The position numbers and the translations under genes are program-made. Below the pieces are notes generated by a model. That model was given only the letters and a program-made list of their open reading frames with translations, was not told the origin of the DNA and did not search any database. From Bacteroidota bacterium (lineage in GTDB: Bacteria; Bacteroidota; Bacteroidia; Bacteroidales; FEN-979), in the NCBI GenBank assembly GCA_037128705.1, contig JBAXVX010000007.1, forward strand, positions 27,617 through 91,616: a stretch of DNA of 64,000 nucleotides. Direction: 5' to 3'. This document shows positions 1 through 8,032 of this stretch, piece by piece (the first letter of the stretch is position 1; the number at the start of each line of letters is the position of its first letter).

Positions 1-19
1 GTGACGCGTGACACGTGAC
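1..19 (+). repeat. Heptamer tandem array (GTGACRC) x ~3, truncated by the window edge. An A-rich tract and solo ATCGT / GTAACAGGG units follow, up to ~49.
   Basis: Read directly: GTGACGC GTGACAC GTGACA, then AAAATAA ATCGTTC ATCAGTAACAGGGTAG. Same unit as the arrays at 3838-3880, 41116-41142 and 59606-59645. Confidence 0.7.
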
Positions 20-67
20 AAAAATAAATCGTTCATCAGTAACAGGGTAGTTTTTTCATAGATTTTT

Positions 68-1849
68 ATGCCGTCGGAAAGGAAAATATACTGGGCGCTG
101 ATCATCCTGCTGATTGTTTCGGCGGTGGTTCGTGGTTTTATTGCCGGCTTTATTGAATTGGGCAACGATGAGGTTTATTACTGGACCTATGCGAAATTTC
201 CCGCGCTCAGCCATTTCGACCATCCCCCCATGGTTGGCTTCGTGATCCAGTTCTTTACCCTGAACCTGTTCCTCGACAGTGAATTCTTCATACGGCTGGC
301 CTCCGTGGTACTGGGAACGCTGAGTACGGGAATGATGTTCCTGATCGGCCGGCAGATTAAAAGCCCGCTCACCGGGTTGTACGCCGCCCTTTTATTTACA
401 GCCTCCTTTTATGGATTCATCCTGAGCGGGATCTTTATTCTCCCCGATACCCCCCAGGTGTTTTTCTGGCTGGTCACGCTTTATTGCCTGATAAAATCAT
501 TGCCTGACCAGGATACAGCGCCGGAGAGCAGGAATTATCTCTTCTTCGCAGGGGTCACCGCCGGCCTGGCCCTTTTATCGAAATATCATTCGGTTTTCCT
601 GATTGCCGGGACCTTTATGTACCTTCTTTTATATAACCGGAGATGGTTCATGGCCAAGGAGACCTACGCCTTTTTCCTGATCATCATCATGCTGTTTCTT
701 CCTGTCATTTTCTGGAACATCGATAATGATTTTATCAGTTTTACCTTTCATGAAAAGAGGATCGGGATTTCCGAATCGGGGTTCCAGCCACTCTACTTTC
801 TCACCGAAGTCACGGGCCAGTTTTTTTATAATAACCCGGTGAATGTGGTAATCATCATTGGCTCGCTGATCGCGCTGATCCGAAGGAAACAGTTCATTGA
901 GGTCTCCTACAAGCGCATCCTGCTGTGGACCAGTGTCCCGCTCATCCTGGTGTTCCTCTCTTTTTCACTTTTCCGCAGCACCCTGCCACACTGGACCGGA
1001 CCGGGTTACCTGGGTCTCATCCTGATCGCAGCGGCCTGGCTGTCAGAACCAAAGATGAATGAATCAAAAATGCGCCTTGTTCCTTTACCGGTAGTCATAT
1101 CCCTGGCGTTCCTGATAACGGTAGCCGTAACCGGGGTCGGACAGATCCGTTTTGGCTGGATCCCGCTCCAGCGAATGAAAATCGATGATGTTTCTCTCGA
1201 CATGTATGGATGGAGGCAACTCGGTACGAAGTTCCAGGCAATGGTAAAATGGGATGAGGAGCACTTTCTTATCGACAAGGGATCGCCGATCATTACCTTC
1301 AGGTGGTTCCCCGCGGCCAATTTTGATTATTACCTGGCTCACAATGACCGTAATCCGGTATATGCCCTCGGGGAGATAGAGCGCATCCATAAGTACCATT
1401 GGATAGATCAGCTGCGCGGAAATCTCAAGAAGGGAAGCGACGCCTATTTTATCGCCCTGAGCGATGACTATGAAGATCCGGTGGCGTTATACGGCAACCT
1501 GTTCGATATGGTCCTTCCATCCGATACCCTGTTCATCACGCGGGGCCGCGACACAGTCCGCAAAGCATTTATTTTCAGGATGGTCGACCTGAAACAGGAC
1601 ATGGTCTTCGGCCGCGATAAATATGCAACCCCCAAAAAACAGGATACATCCGATACCCTTTCCTTTTTTCTTAACCAGATCAGGTCGGACCGCCAGTTTC
1701 TCGATGTCCTTGAAAGGAGATCGGTCAAACTGAAAATGCCCCTCGATGACCTGATCAGGGAAGAGGCTGCCAAGCTGTATGAAGAGTCAAAAGACAAGCT
1801 GGTTTTACCGGATACCCTTAAGGAAAAAGGTGACAAGGTGACAAGGTGA
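68..1849 (+). CDS. Polytopic membrane glycosyltransferase, ArnT/PMT-like (GT-C fold, GT39/GT83-like), with a soluble C-terminal domain
   Basis: 593-aa ORF with ATG start. The N-terminal ~2/3 has many hydrophobic helices and the family-typical N-terminal segment (ELGNDEVYYWTYAKFP..HFDHPPMVGF). The last codons (GDKVTR) and the TGA stop lie inside the GGTGACAR array. Confidence 0.75.
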   Translation: MPSERKIYWALIILLIVSAVVRGFIAGFIELGNDEVYYWTYAKFPALSHFDHPPMVGFVIQFFTLNLFLDSEFFIRLASVVLGTLSTGMMFLIGRQIKSPLTGLYAALLFTASFYGFILSGIFILPDTPQVFFWLVTLYCLIKSLPDQDTAPESRNYLFFAGVTAGLALLSKYHSVFLIAGTFMYLLLYNRRWFMAKETYAFFLIIIMLFLPVIFWNIDNDFISFTFHEKRIGISESGFQPLYFLTEVTGQFFYNNPVNVVIIIGSLIALIRRKQFIEVSYKRILLWTSVPLILVFLSFSLFRSTLPHWTGPGYLGLILIAAAWLSEPKMNESKMRLVPLPVVISLAFLITVAVTGVGQIRFGWIPLQRMKIDDVSLDMYGWRQLGTKFQAMVKWDEEHFLIDKGSPIITFRWFPAANFDYYLAHNDRNPVYALGEIERIHKYHWIDQLRGNLKKGSDAYFIALSDDYEDPVALYGNLFDMVLPSDTLFITRGRDTVRKAFIFRMVDLKQDMVFGRDKYATPKKQDTSDTLSFFLNQIRSDRQFLDVLERRSVKLKMPLDDLIREEAAKLYEESKDKLVLPDTLKEKGDKVTR

Positions 1850-1995
1850 CAGGGTGACAAGGTAACAGGGTGACAAAGTAATGGAGTAATGGAGTAATGG
1901 AGTAATGAAATCGAATATCGTAAATCGTAGATCGTAAATCGTATATCGTAAATTAATCAATCATTCGTCATTCGTCATTCGCCATTCGTCATTCA
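1829..1995. repeat. Composite tandem-repeat block of four arrays: (GGTRACAR)x6 at 1829-1876, (AGTAATGG)x4 at 1877-1908, (ATCGTAN)x~5-6 at 1909-1958, (TCATTCG)x~5 at 1959-1995
   Basis: Read directly and unit boundaries counted base by base. The block spans the whole gap between two convergent stop codons (TGA 1847-1849 on +, TGA 1993-1995 on -). Confidence 0.95.
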
Positions 1996-3390
1996 TTTGG
2001 GTCCTGTCATCTTTTTAGGATCAACGATGCGGGTGAATTCTTCATCGGTCAGCAAACCAAGTTCCAGGGTGGCTTCACGCAGGGTTTTATGCTCCTTGTG
2101 TGCTTTCTTGGCTATTTTGGCAGAATTGTCATAGCCGATGTGGGGATTGAGTGCCGTAACCAGCATCAGGGAATTTTCGAGATTTTTGTTGATGGCCGCC
2201 ATGTTCGGTTCGATGCCGATGGCGCAGTTGTCGTTGAATGAAACGCAGGCATCGCCGAGCAGCCTGGCCGACATCAGGAGGTTGGAGATGAGCAGGGGCT
2301 TGAAAACATTGAGCTGGAAATGGCCGCTGATACCGCCGATGTTGATGGCCACATCGTTGCCGAGTACCTGGGCGCATACCATGGTCATTGCTTCGGGTTG
2401 GGTGGGATTCACCTTGCCCGGCATGATGCTGGAGCCGGGTTCATTTTCGGGAAGCATGAGTTCGCCGATGCCGCAACGGGGACCGGAGGCCAGCAGGCGG
2501 ATGTTGGAGGCAATGTGCATCAGGCTTACCGCCAGCGTTTTCAGGGCGCCGGAGGTTTCAACCATCGCATCGTGAGCCGACAGCGATTCAAACTTATTGT
2601 CAGCGGTGATGAAGGGCAGCCCGGTGAGTTCGGCTATTTTTTTAGCCACCAGCACATCATAGCCTTTGGGTGCATTCAGCCCGGTGCCTACAGCTGTGCC
2701 GCCCAGCGCCAGTTCCGACAAATGGGGGAGGGTGTTTTTGAGTGCTTTCAGGCCGTGATCAAGCTGGGAGACATATCCTGAAAATTCCTGCCCCAGGGTG
2801 AGCGGGGTGGCATCCATGAGGTGGGTACGACCTGTTTTCACGATCTCCTTAAACTCTTCGGATTTTTTTGCCAGGGTGCCCTTCAGCAGATCCACACCCG
2901 GTATGGTATTGCCGGTAACCATCTTGTATGCGGCAATGCTCATGGCTGCGGGGAAGGTGTCGTTCGAAGACTGCGATTTGTTTACATCATCGTTGGGGTG
3001 GATCACCGTTTTGCCTTCGCCGCCCAGTTCACCGCCGTTCAGGACGTGGGCCCGGTTGGCGATCACCTCGTTGAGGTTCATGTTGGTTTGCGTTCCCGAA
3101 CCGGTTTGCCAGATCACCAGCGGGAACTGGTCATCCAGCTTGCCATCCAGGATCTCATCACAAACTTTCACAATCAGGGTCATCTTCTCTGAAGGCAACA
3201 CGCCAAGGTCGGCATTCACCATGGCTGCCGCCTTTTTTAGGATGGCCATTCCGCGGATCACCTCTTTGGGCATGGATCCTGGCTCACCAATTTTGAAGTT
3301 GGTTAGTGAACGCTGGGTTTGGGCTCCCCAGTACTTATCCATAGCAACCTCAATGGGCCCCATGGTGTCTTTTTCGATGCGTGTTTTCAT
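1993..3390 (-). CDS. fumC: Fumarate hydratase, class II
   Basis: 465 aa with ATG start. Carries the class II fumarase/aspartase signature [13 protein letters not shown] and matches the family over its full length. Confidence 0.95.
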   Translation of the reverse strand: MKTRIEKDTMGPIEVAMDKYWGAQTQRSLTNFKIGEPGSMPKEVIRGMAILKKAAAMVNADLGVLPSEKMTLIVKVCDEILDGKLDDQFPLVIWQTGSGTQTNMNLNEVIANRAHVLNGGELGGEGKTVIHPNDDVNKSQSSNDTFPAAMSIAAYKMVTGNTIPGVDLLKGTLAKKSEEFKEIVKTGRTHLMDATPLTLGQEFSGYVSQLDHGLKALKNTLPHLSELALGGTAVGTGLNAPKGYDVLVAKKIAELTGLPFITADNKFESLSAHDAMVETSGALKTLAVSLMHIASNIRLLASGPRCGIGELMLPENEPGSSIMPGKVNPTQPEAMTMVCAQVLGNDVAINIGGISGHFQLNVFKPLLISNLLMSARLLGDACVSFNDNCAIGIEPNMAAINKNLENSLMLVTALNPHIGYDNSAKIAKKAHKEHKTLREATLELGLLTDEEFTRIVDPKKMTGPK

Positions 3391-3442
3391 ATGTATATGG
3401 TTTTTAATATGATATCGGGATGAAGGAGGTCATTTTCAGATA

Positions 3443-3787
3443 TTATTTCAGTAGAGATTCAATGTTTTCAACCGGGTCGCCTACCACCGCCCTGTACCTG
3501 CCCTCAACAATCGGGCGTTGAAGGAGCCTGGGATTCTGAAGGATGATCTTCACCCATTCATGATCCTCGAAATTCTTCCCCTTCAGGTTTTGCTTAAAAT
3601 ATTCCTCCTGCGTGCGTACCATCTCCGCCGGCTTCCTGTTCAGTTTTATCAGCAGGATCTCCATCTCCTTTTCCGTCAGCGGATTCCTGATGTATTCAAC
3701 CACTTCGAACGCATTTCCGGAATCCTTCAGGAATTGCAGCCCGGCCCTGGATTTTTTGCACTGGGGATGGTGGTAGATCTTTAACAT
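3443..3787 (-). CDS. ArsC/Spx-family protein (YffB-like, CxxS type)
   Basis: 114 aa. The N-terminus MLKIYHHPQCKKSRAGLQFL matches the ArsC/Spx/YffB fold family. The ATG directly abuts the repeat array. Confidence 0.8.
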   Translation of the reverse strand: MLKIYHHPQCKKSRAGLQFLKDSGNAFEVVEYIRNPLTEKEMEILLIKLNRKPAEMVRTQEEYFKQNLKGKNFEDHEWVKIILQNPRLLQRPIVEGRYRAVVGDPVENIESLLK

Positions 3788-3880
3788 ATTTACGATATAC
3801 GATTTACGATATACGATTTACGATATACGATTTTTTTCGTCACGTGTCACGCGTCACGTGTCACGCGTCACGCGTCACGC
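3788..3880 (-). repeat. Composite array read on the minus strand: (GTGACRC)x6 at 3838-3880, A7 at 3831-3837, (TCGTAWA)x6 at 3789-3830
   Basis: Read directly. It fills the 97-nt spacer between the prfB stop (3883-3885) and the ArsC-family start (3787). Confidence 0.95.
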
Positions 3881-3882
3881 TT

Positions 3883-4972
3883 TTATGCATTACCATATTC
3901 CATCAGGTAGGATTTGATAAACGCGGAGAGGTCGCCATCGAGCACAGCCTGGGTATCCGACGTTTCCTGTCCCGTGCGCAGATCCTTGACCATTTTATAG
4001 GGATGCAGCACATAACTGCGGATCTGGCTGCCCCACTCGATCTTTTTCTTCCCGCTCTCGATCACTGCGATCTTCTCACGCTGCTTTCGGAGTTCGATTT
4101 CATACAACTGCGATTTCAGCAGTTTCAGCGCTTTTTCGCGGTTTTGTCCCTGTGAGCGGGTCTCCTGGCATTCGATGATGATCCCCGAAGGTTCGTGTTT
4201 CAAGCGCACCGCGGTCTCCACCTTGTTTACATTTTGTCCGCCCGGACCGCTGCTGCGAAAGGTGTCCCAGCTGATCTCGGCCGGGTTGATGTCGATCACA
4301 ATGTCGTCGTTGATGATGGGATAGACATAGACTGACGCGAAGGAGGTATGCCGTTTGTGGTTGGAATCGAATGGGGAGAGCCGCACCAGCCGGTGCACGC
4401 CATTCTCGCCCTTGAGGTAGCCATAGGCATAGTCGCCGTCAAACTCCAGGGTCACCGATTTGATCCCCGCCACATCCCCCTCCTGGAAATCCACCTCGGC
4501 GATTTTGAAGCGGCTCCGCTCACCGTACCGGATATACATGCGCATGAGCATCTGAGCCCAATCCTGGCTTTCGGTGCCTCCCGCCCCGGAATTGATCTGG
4601 ACGATGGCGCCGAGCCGGTCTTCAACACCGCTCAGCATGTTGCGGAATTCCAACTCTTCTATAAGCGCCAGTGTTTCGTTGTAGTGATTTTCAAGCTCCT
4701 CTTCAGTTCCTTCACCCTGGATGTGGAATTCCCACATCACCATCAGGTCTTCCTGCGTTGAAAGCGCTTTTAAAAAGGCATCCGTCCAGAGTTTTTTATC
4801 ACGGATGGCACGCTGGGCTGTTTCCGCGGCTTTCGGATTATTCCAGAAATCGGGAGCCTGTGAAAGTTGTTCTTCTTCTGCTATCTGGGAAAGTTTCTTG
4901 TCGATGTCAAAGGTACCTCCTCAAGACGTCGAGCCTGGTCTTCAGGTCTCTCAGTTGGTCTTGTGCTATCAT
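3883..4972 (-). CDS. prfB: Peptide chain release factor 2, expressed through a programmed +1 frameshift
   Basis: Frame-1 leader ATG 4972 reads [21 protein letters not shown] then TGA (4907-4909). After a +1 shift it continues [25 protein letters not shown]... into the 3883..4743 ORF. SPF (RLSPFDS) and GGQ ([10 protein letters not shown]) motifs are present. Confidence 0.93.
4906..4921 (-). promoter_or_regulatory. RF2 autoregulatory +1 frameshift site: AGGAGG (SD-like), 3 nt, then CTT TGA C
   Basis: The minus strand reads TTG AGG AGG TAC CTT TGA C, which is the canonical RF2 recoding cassette. Confidence 0.9.
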
Positions 4973-4973
4973 G

Positions 4974-5468
4974 TCAGATTTTAAGTTCTTTTATTATTTC
5001 GGCAGCCAGGTCAAATTCAAAACCCTTGCCAATTACAAAAGTGATAATTTTTTCGCGGATGTTCAAGTTTTTTCCCGGTTTTATTTCTGACTTTTTTTTC
5101 AGAACCAGTTCGCGCACGGTTTTCCGGTAATCTTCCGGGCTGATCTCCAGCAGGGCCGACCGGATGATGATGTCAGGAATCTTGCGTCCCTTCAGCTCGT
5201 AACCGATCTTTAACCGGCCCCATTTGTTGATCCGGAATTTACCCCTGACGAAGGTTCGGGCAAAACGTTCATCATCAATAAAACCTTCATCTTTCAGCGA
5301 TTTCATCAGTGTGCTGATCCTGCCCCCGGGAACCTTCCATTCAGCCAGCTTCTTCTCTGCATCCCACGCACACCGCTCCTGGTAAGCGCAATAGCGGCTG
5401 ATCCTTTCATAGATGCCTGCAGGATCGGGAGCGTGCTTCATCGCGGTATTGTCCTTATCTTTTTTCAT
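4974..5468 (-). CDS. recX: RecX-family regulatory protein
   Basis: 164 aa. Has the RecX-like N-terminus (ISRYCAYQERCAWDAEKKL) and a helical-repeat body. The stop lies 1 nt from the prfB start. Confidence 0.8.
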   Translation of the reverse strand: MKKDKDNTAMKHAPDPAGIYERISRYCAYQERCAWDAEKKLAEWKVPGGRISTLMKSLKDEGFIDDERFARTFVRGKFRINKWGRLKIGYELKGRKIPDIIIRSALLEISPEDYRKTVRELVLKKKSEIKPGKNLNIREKIITFVIGKGFEFDLAAEIIKELKI

Positions 5469-5538
5469 CCCCTGTAAAGCTGAAAGAACCGTTTTTTTGG
5501 TTTCTGTTTGAAAAGTAAAGATAATATTTACTTCTCAC

Positions 5539-5580
5539 GAAAAAAAGAAAATGCCCCCGTAGCACTTAGGTCACGGGGGC
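5539..5580 (-). terminator. Rho-independent terminator downstream of the YceI gene
   Basis: On the minus strand, GCCCCCGT (12-nt loop) ACGGGGGC is followed by ATTTTCTTTTTTT. A second 7-bp stem (AGCCTGT/ACAGGCT) lies just upstream at about 5604-5625. Confidence 0.75.
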
Positions 5581-5659
5581 AAAGTCATTTAGCTACGGAT
5601 GCGCAGCCTGTTAACGGGGACAGGCTCTTGTATCAGAGGGGCTGCCAGGCGGTATGCTA

Positions 5660-6256
5660 TTATTTAGCCTTGATAAATTCCGCATTGATGTTGATTGCAA
5701 CTTCAGGGCCTACGACGGCGCCTCCGGTTTCAAGCAGCGAATTCCATTTTAGGCCGTAATCAAGACGGTTGATGGTGGTGGATGCCCTGAAGCCGGCCCG
5801 GGTGTTTCCGTAGCCATCTTTCGCGGTGCCGCCATAGGTTACGGCAAACTTTACCCGTTTTGTTACCTCGCGGATGGTCAGGTTGCCTGTAAGTTCATAT
5901 TTGTTGCCCGAGAGTTTCTTCATCGAGATACTTTTGAAGGTCATGCTGGGAAACTTTTCAGCGTTGAAGAAATCATCTGACTTCAGGTGCTTGTCACGCT
6001 GTTCATTGTCCGTATTGATGCTGGCAATATCCACACTGAATTCGATGCTTGCATCGGTAAAATCGGGTTTTGCAGCAGTCAGGGTCCCTGTAAATGATTT
6101 GAAATTCCCCTCCACTTCCGAGATGACCATGTGGGTTACGGTGAATTTGACATTTGAGTGGGAGTTGTCTACGGCCCATTTGGTTTGAGCTTCACTTTTG
6201 CCGAAGATCATCATGGTGATCACCAGGGCGAATAAAAATTTAACTGTGTTTTTCAT
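5660..6256 (-). CDS. YceI-family periplasmic (polyisoprenoid-binding) protein
   Basis: 198 aa with a signal peptide. Has the YceI-type segment WAVDNSHSNVKFTVTHMVISEVEGNFKSFTG. Confidence 0.85.
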   Translation of the reverse strand: MKNTVKFLFALVITMMIFGKSEAQTKWAVDNSHSNVKFTVTHMVISEVEGNFKSFTGTLTAAKPDFTDASIEFSVDIASINTDNEQRDKHLKSDDFFNAEKFPSMTFKSISMKKLSGNKYELTGNLTIREVTKRVKFAVTYGGTAKDGYGNTRAGFRASTTINRLDYGLKWNSLLETGGAVVGPEVAININAEFIKAK

Positions 6257-6280
6257 TGTTGCTTGTTTTAGGTTGTTTGT

Positions 6281-7099
6281 TTAACTTATTTTAATTGAAG
6301 TCATTGAAAGTGAGCCATAGATGGTTTTATCATTGAAAAACGACACAGACTCATTTTTTTCCTGCATGGCCAATACATAAAGCAATGGAAGGAAGTGTTC
6401 GGGTGTTGGCACGGAAAGGCTTATGTCAGGCCCGAGCGTGGTGTAGTCCTTAAGTTTATTATGGTTCCCCTCCAGGATCAGTTTTTTTAATTTTTCGTTG
6501 GATTCATTTGCCCATTCATGCCCGCCATCGGGGTTGTGCCAGTTTATCATGCGGAGATTATGAACCATATTCCCGCTTCCGATCACAAGGATCCCTTTGC
6601 GCCGTAATCCGGCAAGTTGCCTTCCGAGGTCATAATGGGCCGAAGGGGAGAGGGTATAATCAAGGCTGAGTTGTAAAACCGGTATGGAAGCCTCAGGGAA
6701 CATATGCGTAAGGATACTCCAGCTTCCATGATCAATGCCCCAGCTTTCATCCAGGCCCACCTGTGAAGCCGGAGCTTCATCGCGGGTTTCGTAAGCCACG
6801 GGGATACTTCCGGGGGCAGGATACTGGACCCTGAAAAGTTGCTCGGGGAATCCATAAAAATCATGGATGGTGCGCGGTTTAGGCATGGCTGTGACCATCG
6901 TTCCTGCGGTTTCCCAGTGTGCAGAGATACAAAGGATGGCCCGGGGCTTCGGGAGGGATTTGCCCAGAGATTGCCAGGCCGCGGTAAATTCGTTGTTTTC
7001 AATGGCATTCATCGGGCTCCCGTGACCCACGAACAGCACCGGCATCAGGTTGGAGCTTTGGGTGCTTCCGGCGGAGGGGTTAAATTCTTTCAGGTTCAT
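6281..7099 (-). CDS. Class III extradiol dioxygenase (4,5-DOPA dioxygenase / YgiD-like)
   Basis: 272 aa. Has PVLFVGHGSPMNA and ISAHW motifs typical of the LigB/YgiD family. Confidence 0.85.
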   Translation of the reverse strand: MNLKEFNPSAGSTQSSNLMPVLFVGHGSPMNAIENNEFTAAWQSLGKSLPKPRAILCISAHWETAGTMVTAMPKPRTIHDFYGFPEQLFRVQYPAPGSIPVAYETRDEAPASQVGLDESWGIDHGSWSILTHMFPEASIPVLQLSLDYTLSPSAHYDLGRQLAGLRRKGILVIGSGNMVHNLRMINWHNPDGGHEWANESNEKLKKLILEGNHNKLKDYTTLGPDISLSVPTPEHFLPLLYVLAMQEKNESVSFFNDKTIYGSLSMTSIKIS

Positions 7100-7187
7100 G
7101 GTCTGTTGTGTTTCGATGAATGACGATGCAAAATTGCAACCTCTTCAGTGAATGGAGGTAACACAAAACAGAAATAGAGTGGTACTT

Positions 7188-8009
7188 TTAGGACAGGACA
7201 GGTTGCATGGCTGCGCGGAAGTCGGAGGGTGTCAGCCCGGTCTTTTTCGTAAAAACCCGCGTGAAATATGACTTTTCGTTGTATCCGAGGTCGTACCCGA
7301 TCTCCGAGATATTCAGGGGGGAGCTGAGCAGCAGCCGGCGTGCCTCGATCAGTTTCCGGGTCTCAATGATCTCGGAAACACTTTTCCCGAACACCTTCCG
7401 GCACACCAGGTTGAGATTGCGGACGGAGGTGTTCAGCTTGTCTGCGTAAAAGCCGACCCCCAGGGGCCTTTTATAATTGTCCTCAAGGATTTGCAGAAAA
7501 TTCCGGAAAGCAATCCCGGCGGGAGTCCGTGCCTCTTTTTCCTCCGACAGGTTGTGTTTTCCTTCCGCTTCCAGCTTGGCCATCATGGCAGACAGGAGGT
7601 ACCGGTAAACATCAGGGCTCCCGGGATGTTGTTCATATTCAAACAGGATCATTTCGCATAAATTCCCGATCTCCTGCTGGCAGCTCCCCTGATTGAAGGT
7701 GAAGTTTATTTTGTCGAGATAGTTGGAATAAAAGTGGAAATTGCTGGTGGGGATAAAATCGTTGCGATAACGGATGCACCAGCCCCGGGTTTCAGGATCG
7801 GGCATAAATTCATGCACCTTCCCCTGCGCTACATAGATCACAACCGGGGCCTTCAGGGTTTCTTCAAAAAAGTCAATAAAATGAACGGGATTTCCCTTTG
7901 TGACGATCAGAAGCTCCTCGTATTCATGACGATGTGGTTTCGTAGGATGACTTCGGATCTCCGAGATCACCTCCGCTGAAATAACAAACATGTGGAACAG
8001 CTTCTCCAT
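7188..8009 (-). CDS. AraC-family transcriptional regulator
   Basis: 273 aa. N-terminal cupin-like domain and a C-terminal double HTH (ISEIGYDLGYNEKSYFTRVFTKKTGLTPSDFR). Confidence 0.88.
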   Translation of the reverse strand: MEKLFHMFVISAEVISEIRSHPTKPHRHEYEELLIVTKGNPVHFIDFFEETLKAPVVIYVAQGKVHEFMPDPETRGWCIRYRNDFIPTSNFHFYSNYLDKINFTFNQGSCQQEIGNLCEMILFEYEQHPGSPDVYRYLLSAMMAKLEAEGKHNLSEEKEARTPAGIAFRNFLQILEDNYKRPLGVGFYADKLNTSVRNLNLVCRKVFGKSVSEIIETRKLIEARRLLLSSPLNISEIGYDLGYNEKSYFTRVFTKKTGLTPSDFRAAMQPVLS

Positions 8010-8032
8010 TGTTTCAGGGGGTTACCTTCCCG

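Noticed and set aside
1468-1860. 130-aa minus-strand ORF starting inside the repeat block; likewise 3844..4155 (+), which starts MSRVTCHASRVT
   Set aside because: Both are artefacts of the stop-free strand of the repeat arrays. They overlap well-supported genes on the opposite strand.
1829-1995. Repeat blocks considered as CRISPR arrays
   Set aside because: The units are 7-8 nt and directly contiguous, with no spacers, and no cas genes are present. These are microsatellite-type tandem repeats.
3788-3880. Repeat arrays considered as rho-independent terminators
   Set aside because: Direct repeats give only 6-bp junction palindromes (ACGCGT, CACGTG). There is no extended stem followed by a U-tract on the sense strand. 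One array sits inside the suf operon. A true hairpin + U-tract terminator in this window (5539-5580) looks quite different.
5508-5759. 83-aa plus-strand ORF spanning the recX-yceI intergenic region
   Set aside because: It runs across the terminator hairpin and into the antisense strand of the yceI gene. It has no motif support.
7118-7126. GAATGACGA, considered as a ninth repeat locus
   Set aside because: It covers only about 1.3 units and is in the opposite orientation to the neighbouring genes. It is too short to separate from chance, so it is mentioned only as a possible solo unit.
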